Notes: generated from the sequence alone by a model not told the origin. A stretch of 61,485 nucleotides of DNA, filler included, from Perkinsus olseni (GCA_013115125.1; 5 parts of 5 records of this genome joined end to end with filler, not necessarily neighbours in it); one strand, 5' to 3'; shown: positions 1 through 13,609, counted from the first letter of the whole stretch. Numbers and translations: made by a program.

Positions 1-69
1 CTTCATTAAATTGCTCTGGGGATTTACTAATTTGGTCTGGGGTTTTACTAAGTAGGTCTGGAAATGGTG
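1..69 (-). mobile_element. Terminus (TIR with 21-bp sub-repeats) of a probable IS630/Tc1-mariner element extending left out of the window
   Basis: Near-exact reverse complement of 12180-12247. Ends ...GGAAATGGTG then TA (70-71) and G. Internal repeat TCTGGGG(A/T)TTTACTAA at 21-bp period. Confidence 0.6.
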
Positions 70-814
70 TAGAGTTCCTGCCAAGTCGCCTTGATGGCCA
101 ACGGAAATTCGTGTTCGATGGACCCCCACCGGAACCGACTGGGTTGGATCCGCTCGCACAGATTGACAATTCCACCTTGCGCGACAAGAGGGCGAGCTTA
201 GAATTGGCTGCTAGTAAGTTGAGGTTGCCACGGCATCTTCATTTCGTCACGGAGAGCTACCTGAAGGCGAGGAGGGGTGGCAAAGAGGTATTCACGGCTA
301 TGCAAGGAGTCTGCTTGGCTCTGAGGGATACTCTGAAGGTGGAATTCGGCACAGTGAGGTCCCTCTGTGATATCTATCGCAACGTGTCTCGGACTGCCGT
401 CAACACTGCGTGGCAGCAGAGGAGGTGGGACTTCCTGAACAACGGGCCTGTTACGTACATTTCCGTGCGTTTGAGATGAGGGGATTGCATGTACAGGCAA
501 ATGCTGACGGTTTTCTTCGTCAAGTTGTTTCACGTCATGTCACCATGTGCCTGAGGCGATGTCTCGCGTTGGTGTTGTGTACTACTACCACCATAAGGCT
601 GTTGTGTTCACCGGGTTGGCTCAATACGTTGACCAGAGGCTCGTCTCGTTTTTTGTTCCGAAAGGGCTGAGAGTTTTCTCAGGACTTTTCTGCCTCGAAA
701 CGTTTGCCGTGATTTCACCTTTCAGTGCGCGTGAGAACTAGTTGGAACAGAAGAGGCGTTGATCCCTGCTGTCAGCAGGCTGCTGAGTATCTTTCAGTTC
801 GGTATTGTCCAATA

Positions 815-3800
815 ATGGAGTTCGTAGCAATTTCCAGCAAGGGTGTCGAGATCTACTCCACGGCAAGCAGCGACCCGTCGAAGCCCAAGTACGAGCTCCC
901 TACAGGTGCCAAGAGCCCTGATGGCTTTACTTACAGTAATGATGGGAGGGCAGTTGACTGAGATGAAGAGGTGGGCTTGGTAGGTCCTGATGGTTTGATG
1001 TGCGGTGTTCTCACCCAGAAGGGTGACGTTGATGTATACGACTGCACCAAAGGCTACACTAAGGTAGGGCTAGGCTCGTCTGCCTGTAGGAGGGGAAATG
1101 TATCAGATACTTACTTGCCAACAACAAGAGAGCTTCATTCGTAACTTCTACTTCTCTCCAAAGGGGACCTTCCTGGTAACTTACGAGAGATACTCCACTG
1201 AGACCCAGAAGGAGAACGTTCATGTAAGACGGGCTGCTGCGTTGAGGTTGAAGCCTGGCATCCCTCCATTCTGCCGCTTAGCTCTGGCATCTCGAGACTG
1301 GGGAGATTATATGCAGCCTCATTCTCAAGCAGTCCAATCAACGTAATACTGGGCCGTAGACGGAGGGTATCTATCATTAAGCGGTCTGTGGCATGCCATC
1401 TAGTCGCTCTCGTAGACCTGTGGCTTCTCTCTCGTCGCTGTGATCGCTCTCGTCTCTCGTCGTAGCAGTATAAATGTGGCATCTATTGCATACTGATAAT
1501 TTATATTTGATCCAGTGATACAATTATTATCATTTATTATACATCAATAATACATAGTCATTGTGACATCCAATGCGATCAGTATACATTTAAAATGTCT
1601 ACCCTCTTGATGAAGGACCTTACTCCTTCGTAGGTATGTGGCCTTGCTTCAAGTGGACCAAGGATGAGCGTGTCTGCGTTCGGATGGTCACTAATGAGCT
1701 TCATTTCCTCTCCGGTCGAAGGCCTCAACTCACTAAGGAAGCCACACTGTGGGTCTGTTGACCATTCCTGGAAGTGTAGCGCCTCGCTTTCAGGTTCAAA
1801 TTGCGGTTACCTAACATAGCCTCCTTCGAGCTCTCTCCTGACTGCAAGACTGTGGCCTGCTTTGTCGGTGAGAACAAGGGTCAGCCGGGCATGGTGAAGG
1901 TACTAACACTGGGAGGTCTCATCTCGCCTCAACCACATCTGACAGGTGTACAGCATATCGTCTGCCGATACTAAGTTGCTTGGCCAGAAGTCTTTCTTCA
2001 ATTGCCAGACATGCAGCATGGAGTGGAATAATGATGGTAGTAGCTTTGGAAGGGATTCCCTCTTCCTAGTTTTGAGCCCGGACTCTCCCAGGTACCTCCC
2101 TTCTCATGACGGTCCATCAGGAGTCAGGCAGAGGCCTGAGTCAAAACTACTACGGCAGCACAGGGTGAGTATCACCACGACTACTGTTTTCACCAATCCT
2201 CCTTGCAGGTTGTATTTCCTCCGGCCCTCCCCTATGGGACAGGCTGGCCAGAATGACCTCAGTCTCTGCACTAATAATGAACCAGTAAGGACTTCTTCAT
2301 CACAGCTTATAGAATCCACCGTTGCTCAGGCGCAAGCCTCTGCCTGGTCTCCCAACACTAACGAGTTCATCGCCTTGGTCGGTGATATGCCCCCCACTCT
2401 GTCCCTGAATGAGGGTATCAGAGGTATCATCAACTCCCCCTGCATGCCGGGTTAGACGTTCCCTCTCAGGTGTCTCCAAGGTCACCTTCGGCCGTAGTCG
2501 ACGTAACACACTCCTGTGGTCGCCAAATGGTCGATATTTCCTGTCTGGAGGCTTTGGAAACTTGCCTGGAGAGGCTGATGTTTGGGATAAGGAAAAGTGA
2601 GTGTAGGGAGTCGCCGTTGGGCTGATGGGTCCTGGCGGCTGGTTTGTCGTGAGATGTGTGCGACCCACTACAGATCTATTGTAAAAGCAACCCACTGTGC
2701 AGTAGTGGCGGCTGATCTGTAGTTATACTCGAGGAAGTGTACGGCTCGTTCCTGGCTTCAGTAATGCTTAGTATCACCAAGCTCCTCCTGAGTGGATGAG
2801 CTACCGCTACCACACCAATGCTGGCTGGCATCATTGACGATAATATCGTTACCCTTTCTGGTTTCAGGCATGTTAAGCTCACTACGATGAACCTGCCCTG
2901 TACGGTACTATCCGATTGGGGTGCAGATGGACGCACGCTCCTGACAGCGTCAATTGCTCCTAGAATGCGGTAATAGGGTTAACGTATCTTAGGTTGTTCC
3001 GGGTAAGATACGGAATGGGTTAGATATTTACTCTAGCTCTCTTTCGTCTGTGCATACCCTTAGCGCCTGTCCTCAGAGTGGATAACCATATTAAACTCCA
3101 CAACTACGACGGCCGCCAGACGCTGGAAATCCCCTTCGATGAGCTCTACTATGCTGGTTGGAGGCCCATGGATACGTAGCAGAGGGAAGGAATCTTTGCT
3201 GTGCGTTCCAAGGGTTCGCCTTCTTAGATCCTTGTTCGAGGATCTAGCACCCTCTCCGCGTGTCGTGAAGGCAGCCACGGCTGCAGCTAAGAAGGCCGCT
3301 AAGGAGCCCGGTAATCTAGGGAATCTTGTGCTCGTGCTTGCAAGATACGCACGAGCTCGAGTTCTTGGGCTGTCAGTCCGGCTACATTGTGCTTTTCCTT
3401 CAGTTGCCAAGGCTAAGGCGGCATACAAGCCCCCAAGTGGCGGAGCGTTCGCAGCTGCTTTGAGAGCTGAGCGCCACGCTATGGAGAAGACTGAGGTGAA
3501 GGTAAAATCCAAATGGTGACGTCGTTGGTCTTTGAAAGCTCATGCAATATCACTGCGTAATACAGTATCTGCCGTCATTGATCGCTTCGGGTCTGTAGGT
3601 AGAGTATCGCCCTCCGTCGAGGGCCGTTGGAGCGCCGGCTAACCTACAAGAGCTGATGAACAATCTGCCGCAGAAGCTGCCTCCAGGAATGACAGTTCCC
3701 CTCCCCCAGATGAATGGTAATAGAGTCATCGGGGCCCCTGCCTCTTGGGAAGTGGGTTGGATTGTTGTCGTGCTCGTTGTTTGCGATCAGCTAAGACTGG

Positions 3801-4365
3801 CTCTAGCTCCGCAGCCTCTCGTAACGCCCGGAAGCGTGCTAATCGTGCCGCTGCCAAGGCCGCTAAGGAGGGAGAGGAGGCAGAGCAACGTCAGAAGGCC
3901 GAGGAGGAAGAGAAGAAAGCCAAGGAGAAGCCTGCTTCTGCTGCCGAGCGGGAAGCTCATGGCGAGGAGGGCAAGCAACGTAGTGGGGCGGGGACTGGGG
4001 GATGAGGCATCACCGCTAGCGTATGTACATGATGGTATCAGCCCACTTGGTTCTCGGCGCTTTTTGCTATAGTTTTGTGAGAATTCATCGCGCGTTTCAT
4101 TTCGGCTGGCATCTGGTGTCGTCTTCGTGTCATTTGCATCCTAACCCTAGATACGACAGACGATAAGCGACTGCGCAACCTACGTAAGAAGCTGAAGGAA
4201 GTGACAGCACTGAAGACCCTCCCTTGTAAGTTACGCCTCGGTGCGCATGTTGCGATGGGTGTCCTTTCCTTAGCTGGTTCATTGAACGATGCCCAGATGG
4301 CTAAGATTGCTAATGAGAGTAACCTAGTCGAAGAGATCAAGGAGATAGAAGCGCGTCTCGGATGA
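815..4365 (+). CDS. EIF2A: Eukaryotic translation initiation factor 2A (beta-propeller), multi-exon
   Basis: Spliced peptides FYFSPKGTFLVTYE, RNTLLWSPNGRYFLSGGFGNLPGEADVWD, WGADGRTLLTASIAPRMR-VDN, AYKPP and C-terminal KRLRNLRKKLKE...EIKEIEARLG* match eIF2A architecture. Confidence 0.9.
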
Positions 4366-4560
4366 AGACTCCGTAGATCCGAACTCAGTCTCCCTTCGTT
4401 ACTGTTGTCAAGCTGATGGTTTCTCCTCAACTTCACCCATGAATTGAGTTCACAGTTGGGGGCCAAGGAACGAAACCTGTTCAATAGAGGCTTGCTCAAA
4501 AAGCCTCTGCGGTTGGGGTAAGAGTCTCAAGAAAGGTGGTGAATTGTTAGTTTGATCTGG

Positions 4561-5662
4561 ATGGTGACTTCTAACGAGGGCTCTTCCTCGTCGTCGGCAC
4601 GTGTATACCTCCCCGGAGATACGGTGCCAATCGAGGCTGGCATTGTATCGAGTTACGATCCTAATGCAGTTGGATTTGGGATAAGACTGGATGAGGATTG
4701 CCCGAGAGCTGCGGTGGCTGGTAGTGGGAAGGCTCCTGTAGCCCTATTGTCTGAGGCATGACGGCTTTTCAGGTCTACTATCTGTCGAGTCTGCTGTATC
4801 GGATACCCCGTGCATCGACAACACTCGGAAGCGCGTAAGATGGCACATTCTGATACTTGTGCCATTCTTTCGCATTGTTGTGGTCGTCAGAGGCTTCGCA
4901 TTCGCATGCCTTCTTTTTCTCTGCAGTACATCCCGAAGAGGGGCGACATGGTACTAGGCGTGGTGGTGCAGCGCACAGCAGAGTTCTATAGAGTGGACAT
5001 CAACGGTCCCACCGGCACTGCCAACTTGCCGGCTTTGGCGTTCAATGGGTACTAGTGAGGGGCCGCAGGAGTGATTGCTCATGACTTCACTTAGTGCCAC
5101 TAAGCGTCACAAGCCCAACCTCGGGCCGGGGGATCTTGTCTACTGTCACGTTACTGTAGCGGATCGTGACTTGGACGTCGAACTCAGCTGTGTGGATCCG
5201 AGTACCACTAGGGATTGGACTCATAAGGACGTGTAATAATCTCCTGATCTACAACAGCCATGTGGCAGGTGTTGCATCCTCAGGTACTTCGGACAGCTCG
5301 CTCCTGTAGAAGGTTGCTGTGGGTTGCAGGCCACAGTCCCCCTTTGGCAGGCAAAGGCCCTACAGGCTGCGAGCTCCACCGTGATGGCCAGTCTGGGGCG
5401 TCATTTCGTAAGACTGAGAGTTTGATCGGCTCCCTACAGTGGTAATCGTAGGTCTTCGAGTCGGCCGTCGGTATGAATGGTCGTTGTTGGATATCGGCCG
5501 CCGCCCCGAACGTTGCTGTGATGGTGAGTAGGATACTATCGGGCAGTCACAAGCTGAGTCAGGTAGTTGTGGCCTGGGAATTGCCTCTGACCCGCGGACT
5601 CAGCATCCTTTCAGGCTCAAATGGAGGCAATGTGCTCGAAGATGGCTAAGCAACTCACTTGA
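4561..5662 (+). CDS. RRP40: Exosome complex component RRP40 (S1/KH), multi-exon
   Basis: VYLPGD, YIPKRGDMVLGVV, YRVDING...LPALAFNG-ATKRHKPNL.PGDLVY, VELSC, FESAVGMNGRCWI. Confidence 0.92.
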
Positions 5663-6927
5663 GCAGCAGCATAGCTGTGACTTGTCAGTACCAACGTTTT
5701 CTACACGACTTGCTCTAGACTGGAGTTCAAGTTGTCGAAAGGAGGTGTGTCGTGATTAGTTGGTCCTCCTGTCAATGGTTTGAGTATTATGCTTCATGTG
5801 GTGCCGCCATCACCCTCTGCTCATAGTGGCAACAAGGCGGGAGCGTTAAAGTAAGAGGGGTGCTCTTGACCCTATAGAGCCGGTCGAGAAGTAATGCACT
5901 TTGTGCATTGCACAAGGGTGGTCACCAGGATTGGTGTAGTAAGCTAGAATGGCTGGATTATTGAAGCCTCACTAAACGCAGTCTGCTTGTGTTACGTTCA
6001 AAAAGCTCACGTCATTCAAGGCTCTCGGCTATTCTACAGGGTGCCGACTTGAGAAGAAGCCACACCTCATAAATTTCGGGACCGAACGAGTTGAGAGTTG
6101 TAACGAGCATTAATCGAGAGCTCTCGTCGAGCTCTACATAACCCCGTTTTCAGCTGCATATTACTCGCAGGTTTCACCCTCGGACTATCGAACTTAACCC
6201 GAAACCCGAAAAATCGCGAAAATCTGTTGGCAGAATCACAGAGCTCATGCCGACGCTGTGAGGCGCTGATGCTAGGTGCCGAAGGGGTTGACCCTTTTTA
6301 AGTCAGCACCCTGTAGGTGCTCCACTGCAGAGCAACTCGCTGACTTGAGTATCGTAAAACAGTTTTCGACGCAACAAGACTCGAATCGTCGTACCTGAGC
6401 CGTCAGTATTCAGACCGAGGCCGCATTGTCTCTAAATTGCCTTACTCCACCATTCAGCGTTTTCTGGCGTCAGGCTACATCATGGCTTCGATATGAGGTT
6501 GGTTTACCGGAGAACTCTCGTGAGATGTCTCCGTCGGAGGCTCTCCGTCGGTCCAATGAGTAAACTCACACGAAGTGTGAGTCTTCATGAGCGTCGCTTC
6601 TTCTGCTTCTTCCACGATACAGATTTCCACTGTGAGGCTGTAGGCTGGAGCATGGAGTAAAACTGCCACTGCATGAATCATAATTCTTCATTGACAAGAA
6701 TAACACAGCATCGCGATGAGAGTCAAAAAGGTCCGACGGATTCCCTATACAAATATTCGATGTCGGTCATCGGAGTAAAATACTAAAAGTCACTTGAGAG
6801 CTCGCCAAAGCGAGGAAAGTAGCCGCTCACTGTGCAGCTGCTCAGCTGGAGTGAGTCCTCAGAGGGCAGCGGCATTCTCAAGTGGTATTATCATAGATCG
6901 CATATGATTGTTGATATACTATCAACC

Positions 6928-7960
6928 TCACATCAAGAAGGGACCTGGATTCAGCTTCTGTTTGATGCCGTACATTAGGGACCGGGTGTCGTTGGGCGGG
7001 AGGTCAGACTGCAATACCCACGCCATGAGGCCACCCAGACCCTGATTCTTGGCGAAGTCTATCTTCTCCTGTAAGATGGGCTGGGAGTCGAAGAAGTAGC
7101 CATTGAAGGATCCATTGCCTTTGGGGTCCGCCCCATCAGCAACAAGTTTAGTATACCTTGCCTGTGCTCCAGCTTTGTTCTCACCGTACAGAGGTACCTG
7201 CACACGGAGATGTCAAATTGAATGACGGGAGTGCGAAGTGGGAGGACTCACCCCTAGGCCGAATTTGGCGGGATCCAGCTCTTCTTCGTTGATCCATTGG
7301 TTGACCATTGACTTCACCCAGGGGATGTTGGACTACCCTCTAGGGTCATTGTGGTTGTCATATCCCATCCACAGGCACATATCTACCGCACAGGTCAATG
7401 TCCTTGTAGAAGTGGTACGAGCCGCCGATTCTGAAAGATCGTTTCCAATTCAACAGGGTGTAACCCTTGACTTACGCCACCGTGACACGAGCATTCCTGC
7501 CTCCCCTTCTCACGTTGGCCCGCGTATTCTTCATAAGATCTCGGTACTTCTTCCATTCAGCTGTGCTACCGGGGAACTCCCAGTCGAAGTTGATACCATC
7601 GAATAAGTACTTCTCGAACATGTCGTTAGCGGACTCGAAGAACGCCGAGTAGACGCTTGAGTTGGCGTTGATAAAGGGAACCCCCTGGAGCATGAAGGAA
7701 ACTCTAGCATTGTGTTGGTCCGCCGCCTTGCGAGCCATACGCAGCTGGGTGTCATCAGGGAAGGCCTTTTGCAGAGCGCCAGCGGCCGAGACGGAGAACC
7801 ATCCGAAGATGAGCTCCGTCACTCCGCAACTGAACAGGTCCTGGTAGTAAGTGGCGTCTTTGCCGGCTATATCATTCTTGTCGGTGAAGTAGGCGTAGAA
7901 CTCGAAGCCACTACTTGAGCGAATGGCCGTGGCCAAGAAAAAGTTTAGGATGCTCAGCAT
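6928..7960 (-). CDS. Secreted GH18 chitinase-like glycoside hydrolase, spliced
   Basis: Signal-like MLSILNFFLATAIRSSSG; catalytic region FDGINFDWEFPG; KFGLGVPLYG across an intron; C-terminal KIDFAKNQGLGGLMAW. Confidence 0.88.
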
Positions 7961-9291
7961 TGCCTGGGAGGGTGCTGCAAGGGAATGTTTGAGGTGGGGA
8001 ATCTCCTGCGGAAAAGATTCAACTCGAAAAGAGCAGCCAGACCCCTCCAATCACACTCAACCCGCACATCCCCGACTCATATTAGATTGTGAGGGGATGG
8101 GTAGCTGGGCATGCGTGCCGCGCGACTCTTGTGCATGCGATTGCACGCGGGTACACGAGACTGAAGCTACGTAGAGTAGGAGGCATCAGCTTGGGCTATA
8201 ACCGGAGAACCGGTCAAGCATTGAGCAATGGGGCTGCTTCATGTCATCTTCCTCGGGGATCGACCACTCGGGTGAAAGGCCGTCCAGCTCGAACAATAAT
8301 ATGCATGCTAGTGTTCTCCTAGTCTCGTCTGTGGTGCGCGCCCATCGTGCTAACAGCACAAAAACTGTTCATGTGGCTCCGACGGTCGGAGTCTGATCGC
8401 ATGATTTCCTGGGTTCAACACAGTGGGGAAACTAGGGAGGCGTCTACGCGCAGACCGGTGTTGTGAGCAGAGCTTCGGATAACCGTACGCTCCGGTTCGT
8501 CGTCATTGTGGTTGCGCTGGTTGTGCTGCCACCCATACGATAGGAAACCCCTTTCGATCATAATTCACATGCGGAAGTGTTACCATACAGTCGAGCCGGA
8601 TATGAGCACACTAGGTAGTCAAGCGCGACAGTGTCTGGCTATCCATTGGGTGTAAGCTGGTGGTCCTGGGTCATTAGTCTTCATTGTGTGAGCACACCGA
8701 GGGAACCGGGCGTCCCACTCGCTATCGATTAAGATAGTGGAGCGGGTGACATGCCATGACATGTGGGCGGTGCACGAGTACTAACGCCTGCATCGGCCTG
8801 GGGGATGTAAGAGTCACACGTGAAAGGCTCAAGAGTAGGCCCTACAAAGCAGCCCTGATCCACATCAACATTTATGCGACACCCAATATGTACTCGTTGT
8901 GCAATTTATCCTACTGCACGGAACCGATTCACGATGATGCGGTTACAGCGATTCGCAGTCAGCTGATGATCCGCCGAAACTAGTAAGTCATGGATTGCTA
9001 GAACTACCGAGCTGACTCTTGTCCCGGAAGATAAACACATGGGGGAGATATCGAGAATCACTTGGGTACATCCGGCACTGCCGGGCCGGCAGATTCTCGT
9101 CAAGTGATATCGAAAGACAATAAGGTCCATCGATAAGAGCGTGAGTCACCAAGGTACCGATGAGCCATTGTGGCGTGTACTTCTTAGTACTTAGTACTAC
9201 TTCAGAGGGCATATAAGGAGTTTCTGCTCCGATTGGTGAATTTCCTCTGAGGTAACCTCGTAACCTGGCTAGCTGCTTTACTTTGTCTCTA

Positions 9292-11875
9292 ATGTCCGAG
9301 GGCCATCGATTTCCATCATCGTCGTCACATAATACGATAGCATCGCCATCAGACTGTCCAGGCGCCGCGGAAGTGCCCCTCTTAGACCCTTTTAGCGAAG
9401 AAGTGACTCCTTGCCTGGAAGGAAGGGGTTCCAGTGTAGTCCAGAGCCGCGGTGAGATGATAGTGACGCTGATGAAGCTGGCCTGGCCCCAAGTGGTCGC
9501 TACTGTAATACTAGCAGCAACTTTGTCGGCTGGCAGTACCCTCCACTTTGCAGGTTTTAACGTTGATTCCGGAAGTAATTAGTCTATCATTTGTTGGTCG
9601 CCTCGGAGACGATCGAATGATCGCTGCTGTAGGGTTGGGCAACTTATTGCTGAACTGTAATGGGACTCAGGCCTCACTCCGTTAAGTTCGGCATCGTCAG
9701 GTATTTGTGTGACAATGAGCTTGGGGCTCAGCAGCGGCATTGACACATTAGTATCCCAGGCTCATGGTCGGGGAGATCCTAACCTGGCTGCTCTGTAAGA
9801 AGTGGCAGTGAAAGATCCCCTTTCGAATCTTCGCTCTGTTCACAACTGATCGCTCGATTGTCCTCGCTGAGTAGGTATATTAACCGTGCTGAGATAACAT
9901 CTTCCCTGTATTGCTTTGCAACACTCCCGATAGCCTGGGAGGCCGAGCATATACTGATATGGTTGAACCAGGATCCAGACATCGCAGCGCTCTCGGGGCA
10001 GTACGTTCGTGGAGCCTGCATCGGAGCATGGCCGTTGTGCATGTTCAGTAGTAAATCCTACCATGGCCCGCCTTCAAGGCGGCGCCTTGTTGTTCTGGTC
10101 ATGGCATTTTCGCTACTTCAGATTGCCTTCGTAAAGTACTGAACTGCCACCGTGACCTCTACATCAACATGTACGCCTACGTCCTCGTGGTGAGTTTTCT
10201 GCTGCTCGTGCTTGCCCTACCATTCTCGGCCTCTATGGGCCCAGACTGGCCCCTTTGCGAGTATCTTTCCTCGATCCTTGTAGGTATGTTTCCATCCCCT
10301 GTGGTGTTGGCTATTCGTAGACAGATTCCGTTACGGCGTTGCTGGCGCTGGCTGGGCCATAGCAACGTCTTGGACCATCAGCTTTGTGCTTCTGTTGATG
10401 TAAGCGTTTCCCCGCCAGGATAACTTTCCGTCAGCTTCAAAAGTGCCAGCCTCTATTCCCATCTTTGGGCCACACTGGTCCCTCTTCCTACAGCTCCTGC
10501 TCATCAGATACGTTATATCCCCGTTCTGCAATTTACCTAAGGGAACGATAAGGCTACCACTGTATAAGTCTTGTTGGAGCCTTCGAGGCATCACGCGGTA
10601 AGCCAGGGCTACTTCCCGGTAAACGTAATCGAAGTTTTGCAGGAGCTCTGTTCTCAGGTACTGTCATGTGGCCTTCCCCGCCACTATTATGGTAGCACTT
10701 GACTGGTGGAGCAGTGAAATATTCAGCATGATCGTCGGCCTTCTCCGCAACACTGCACAGCTCGCTGCACATGTCGCGGCTGCAAACCTTTACAATCTAA
10801 TGTGAGTATTCGTGAATTGCCGCACGCTGATGCCTTCGATGGCAGGTACACCTTCACGCTTGGTTTGAGCAGCGCCGTGGGAATCTTAGTCGGCATATCA
10901 ATTGGAAAAGGCGACGTAAGCAGGCATGTGTTGGAGTAGAGCCGATCATGAATAGCCGATTGGAGAAAACGTTACGTTTTAAACGTATGATCTCAGGTAT
11001 CCATCGCGCGGGCTGGCTCCAGTTGTGGGTTGCTTGTTAGCGTCTTGAGTGGCGCTATGATCGGGGTTATCTTAATTCTGGGCAGCAGGTAACGTGGAAC
11101 AAATCTTACTCTCCGGCCGAGATTATGAGACCTTGCTTTGAGAGAGTGGCTCTTTACTCGTAGAAGGCAGATTCCTCCGTCACGTCTCTCGGAAGCCTGA
11201 TGGGACATAGGAGCGGAGCGGTCTTGTCGTTGAGCTCGCATTGTGTTTTTTCAGGCTTATCGCAGAACTGTATGCCCCAGGCCAAGCATCAGTACATCAC
11301 TATTTATACTACATCATTCCTATTATCGCTGTTTCTATGCTTACGAGTAGCTCTCAAGCGGCTTTGGCTGGAACGTGCAAAGTGAGGGCTGCTGCCCGGG
11401 CGTGCTGCTGTGTTTGACTGTTGCTACGGGGCTTGTGAGCATGGTACTGGATCCTCCGTCAGGGTTTGGGATATCAGAAGACGGCGGCAGTGTCCAACTT
11501 TAAAGGCCTCTATCTCATCATGCTGCCCTTAGGAACATTCCTGTGTTTGTGGGTAGGTTTGCGGATGCAATCTGGGATGCAAGCAAGTGCGTTGCTTACA
11601 AACCTGTGCGATAAGGGAGAATCACTATCGATGGGCCATTTCAGACGTCCCTCGGAGTGGCCGGAGCCTGGATAGCCAGAGTGTGTGGCACTCTTGTGGT
11701 GTCAGTACTTCTACACCGGAAGCTCTCGGCTCTTGACTGGTGAGACCTCGAGAGCGGTGACGCACGTTCCCTCTTTTCCCCATTTTCGAATCGTCCTTTC
11801 CTCAGGGGCACGATTGCTGTGAACGCCCGGGCGCGGATGAATCTCGACCGGCAAGATGTGAAGACTAACGTATGA
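9292..11875 (+). CDS. MATE family efflux transporter, multi-exon
   Basis: LMKLAWPQ, MSLGLSSGIDTLVSQAHGRG, EHILIWLNQDPDIAALSGQY, GYQKTAAVSNFKGLYLIMLPLG; many hydrophobic exons. Confidence 0.85.
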
Positions 11876-12179
11876 TGATATTGTCGAGTATTACGAAGTC
11901 ATGTTCCACTGTGATGGCAGCATTTCCCTCGTCTTATGTGTCTGCCAAGTGCCGTCAACAACGTAGCTTCTCAAGAATACTATTTTTTGTTCCCGTCATC
12001 ATCGAGAGGGGCAACAGTCACGCACGCGCCAGGGCCGCGGGACGTGCGTGTAGCCCTGACACTTTCATGGTTATGCATCTTCCATTCCTTCGGAGTAACC
12101 AAGCTGCCCGACTCCTACGGCGGAACGAAGCTGGCTGGCTAACGCCGGCGCGGAGCCTCAGCGCGGGCAAGGTCAGCTA

Positions 12180-12247
12180 CACCATTTCCAGACCTACTTA
12201 GTAAAACCCTAGACCAAATTAGTAAATCCCCAGAGCAATTTAATAAA
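12180..12247 (+). mobile_element. Terminus of a second copy of the same element, running into the gap
   Basis: C-TA (12177-12179) then CACCATTTCCAGACCTACTTAGTAAAACCC...; inverted copy of 1-69. Confidence 0.6.
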
Positions 12248-12347
12248 NNNNNNNNNNNNNNNNNNNNNNNNNNNNNNNNNNNNNNNNNNNNTTAATTAAT
12301 TAANNNNNNNNNNNNNNNNNNNNNNNNNNNNNNNNNNNNNNNNNNNN
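12248..12347. other. Assembly gap with TTAATTAATTAA linker
   Basis: N runs flank a six-frame stop linker; same structure at 24593-24692, 36907-37006 and 49200-49299. Plain N gap at 26487-26584. Confidence 0.97.
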
Positions 12348-12559
12348 CGCGCGATAACAAAGTGCGCCGATAAAAATAAATGCAAGGAAAAAGATACGCT
12401 TCGCTTTCCCGCCGTTCACACTTGCTGTACGCGCGCGCAGCTCAATTCATTGAAAATTTTCGGTAGTTACTGCAGTCTGTCGTTCCTTGAGAAGTCTTCG
12501 GGGTCTGTCTCGTGGATGTATCTTCAACTTCAGCTCGTTTAAGTGGTAATCAGCAATCA

Positions 12560-13609
12560 ATGCGTTACACCGCCCTCATCGCTGCCACCTTATCCGCATT
12601 CTTTAGTGAAGCAGTTCGTTACGACTCGACTTATAGTCCTGTTACTTGGGATGGGGAGTATCTGGCTACTTACGCATGGAATCAGTCTTACTATGCAGCG
12701 TCACCCGACCCCACCTTCATTGACTTCTTCGGGTCCCCCCAAGCGGCGAAGTACAACCGCGGTGATGTGTACCTCAACGTGGCCGATGCCTCCAACGCGG
12801 GGAAGCTCGCCAATCCCCAAGGATTGGCCCGGCTCATCCTCGACTTCCGCGAGGCTAGCGGCAGCGATGCAAGGTTCTACCTGTTCTATGGTGGTGGCGG
12901 CGGCGATGATAAAAAGTGGGCGCCCGACTTCGTTCGTGTGTTCAAGGAGTTCATTCTCCAGTACGGACATTCCGAGATGGGTCGCCTCGGTCTTAGCTTC
13001 AATGTTGAGCTTGGCCTTGATACGTGGTTCGAGATATTCCATAAAGTTGACAACATCAGGAACATCTCGGAAATCAAGGTTCACGACATTAAGGTTGATG
13101 TGACGTTGGACTACCGCAATCCAGATGAGACTCTGGTAGACAAGATCATGTACAAGGCCGATCACGTGACCGTGACCACTTTCAGCAACACGTATGAGGG
13201 CCTCCTAGACATGTTCAAGACTTTCCTCCTCGATACGTGTCCCCAATGCAACACAGACTACTACTGCAACTATAAAGCTCAGGTAACCTTCATGGCCGAG
13301 GGCAACTGCGACACGAAGTCGTGCAGTGAATCGTCGATGTGCGCTTATTACAGCTCCTGCCCTGAGGACCCCAATGGTGGCATCGGCTACGCCTACGACC
13401 AACTCACGAAGGCCTTCAACTACATCCCGGGTAACATTCTTCCCCAGTATAAGTTCGATCACTTCTTCAAACCTGGTGACACTCATTTCGGTCTCAACTT
13501 CTTCGAATGGACTGTTTGCTACTACGGTTACGAGTCCTGGTACGAGATTGATCTACCTAAGTGTGGCTGTGGTTACTTCCCTGCTTCGCAGAAGTGTCGT
13601 AATAGTTAG
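12560..13609 (+). CDS. Intronless secreted protein, paralogue A (349 aa), probable glycoside-hydrolase-like TIM barrel with Cys-rich C-terminal half
   Basis: Uninterrupted ORF; signal peptide MRYTALIAATLSAFFSEA; strong C-ending codon bias; collinear similarity to 17336-18373. Confidence 0.85.
   Translation: MRYTALIAATLSAFFSEAVRYDSTYSPVTWDGEYLATYAWNQSYYAASPDPTFIDFFGSPQAAKYNRGDVYLNVADASNAGKLANPQGLARLILDFREASGSDARFYLFYGGGGGDDKKWAPDFVRVFKEFILQYGHSEMGRLGLSFNVELGLDTWFEIFHKVDNIRNISEIKVHDIKVDVTLDYRNPDETLVDKIMYKADHVTVTTFSNTYEGLLDMFKTFLLDTCPQCNTDYYCNYKAQVTFMAEGNCDTKSCSESSMCAYYSSCPEDPNGGIGYAYDQLTKAFNYIPGNILPQYKFDHFFKPGDTHFGLNFFEWTVCYYGYESWYEIDLPKCGCGYFPASQKCRNS

Noticed and set aside
111-741. ORFs next to the left transposon end
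   Set aside because: No recognisable domain and interrupted by stops; cannot be called a transposase or gene.
6475-6681. 68-aa ORF with hydrophobic N-terminus
   Set aside because: Short, with no family resemblance or other support.
12292-12303. Palindromic TTAATTAATTAA recurring four times
   Set aside because: Always embedded in N runs; an artificial stop-codon linker.
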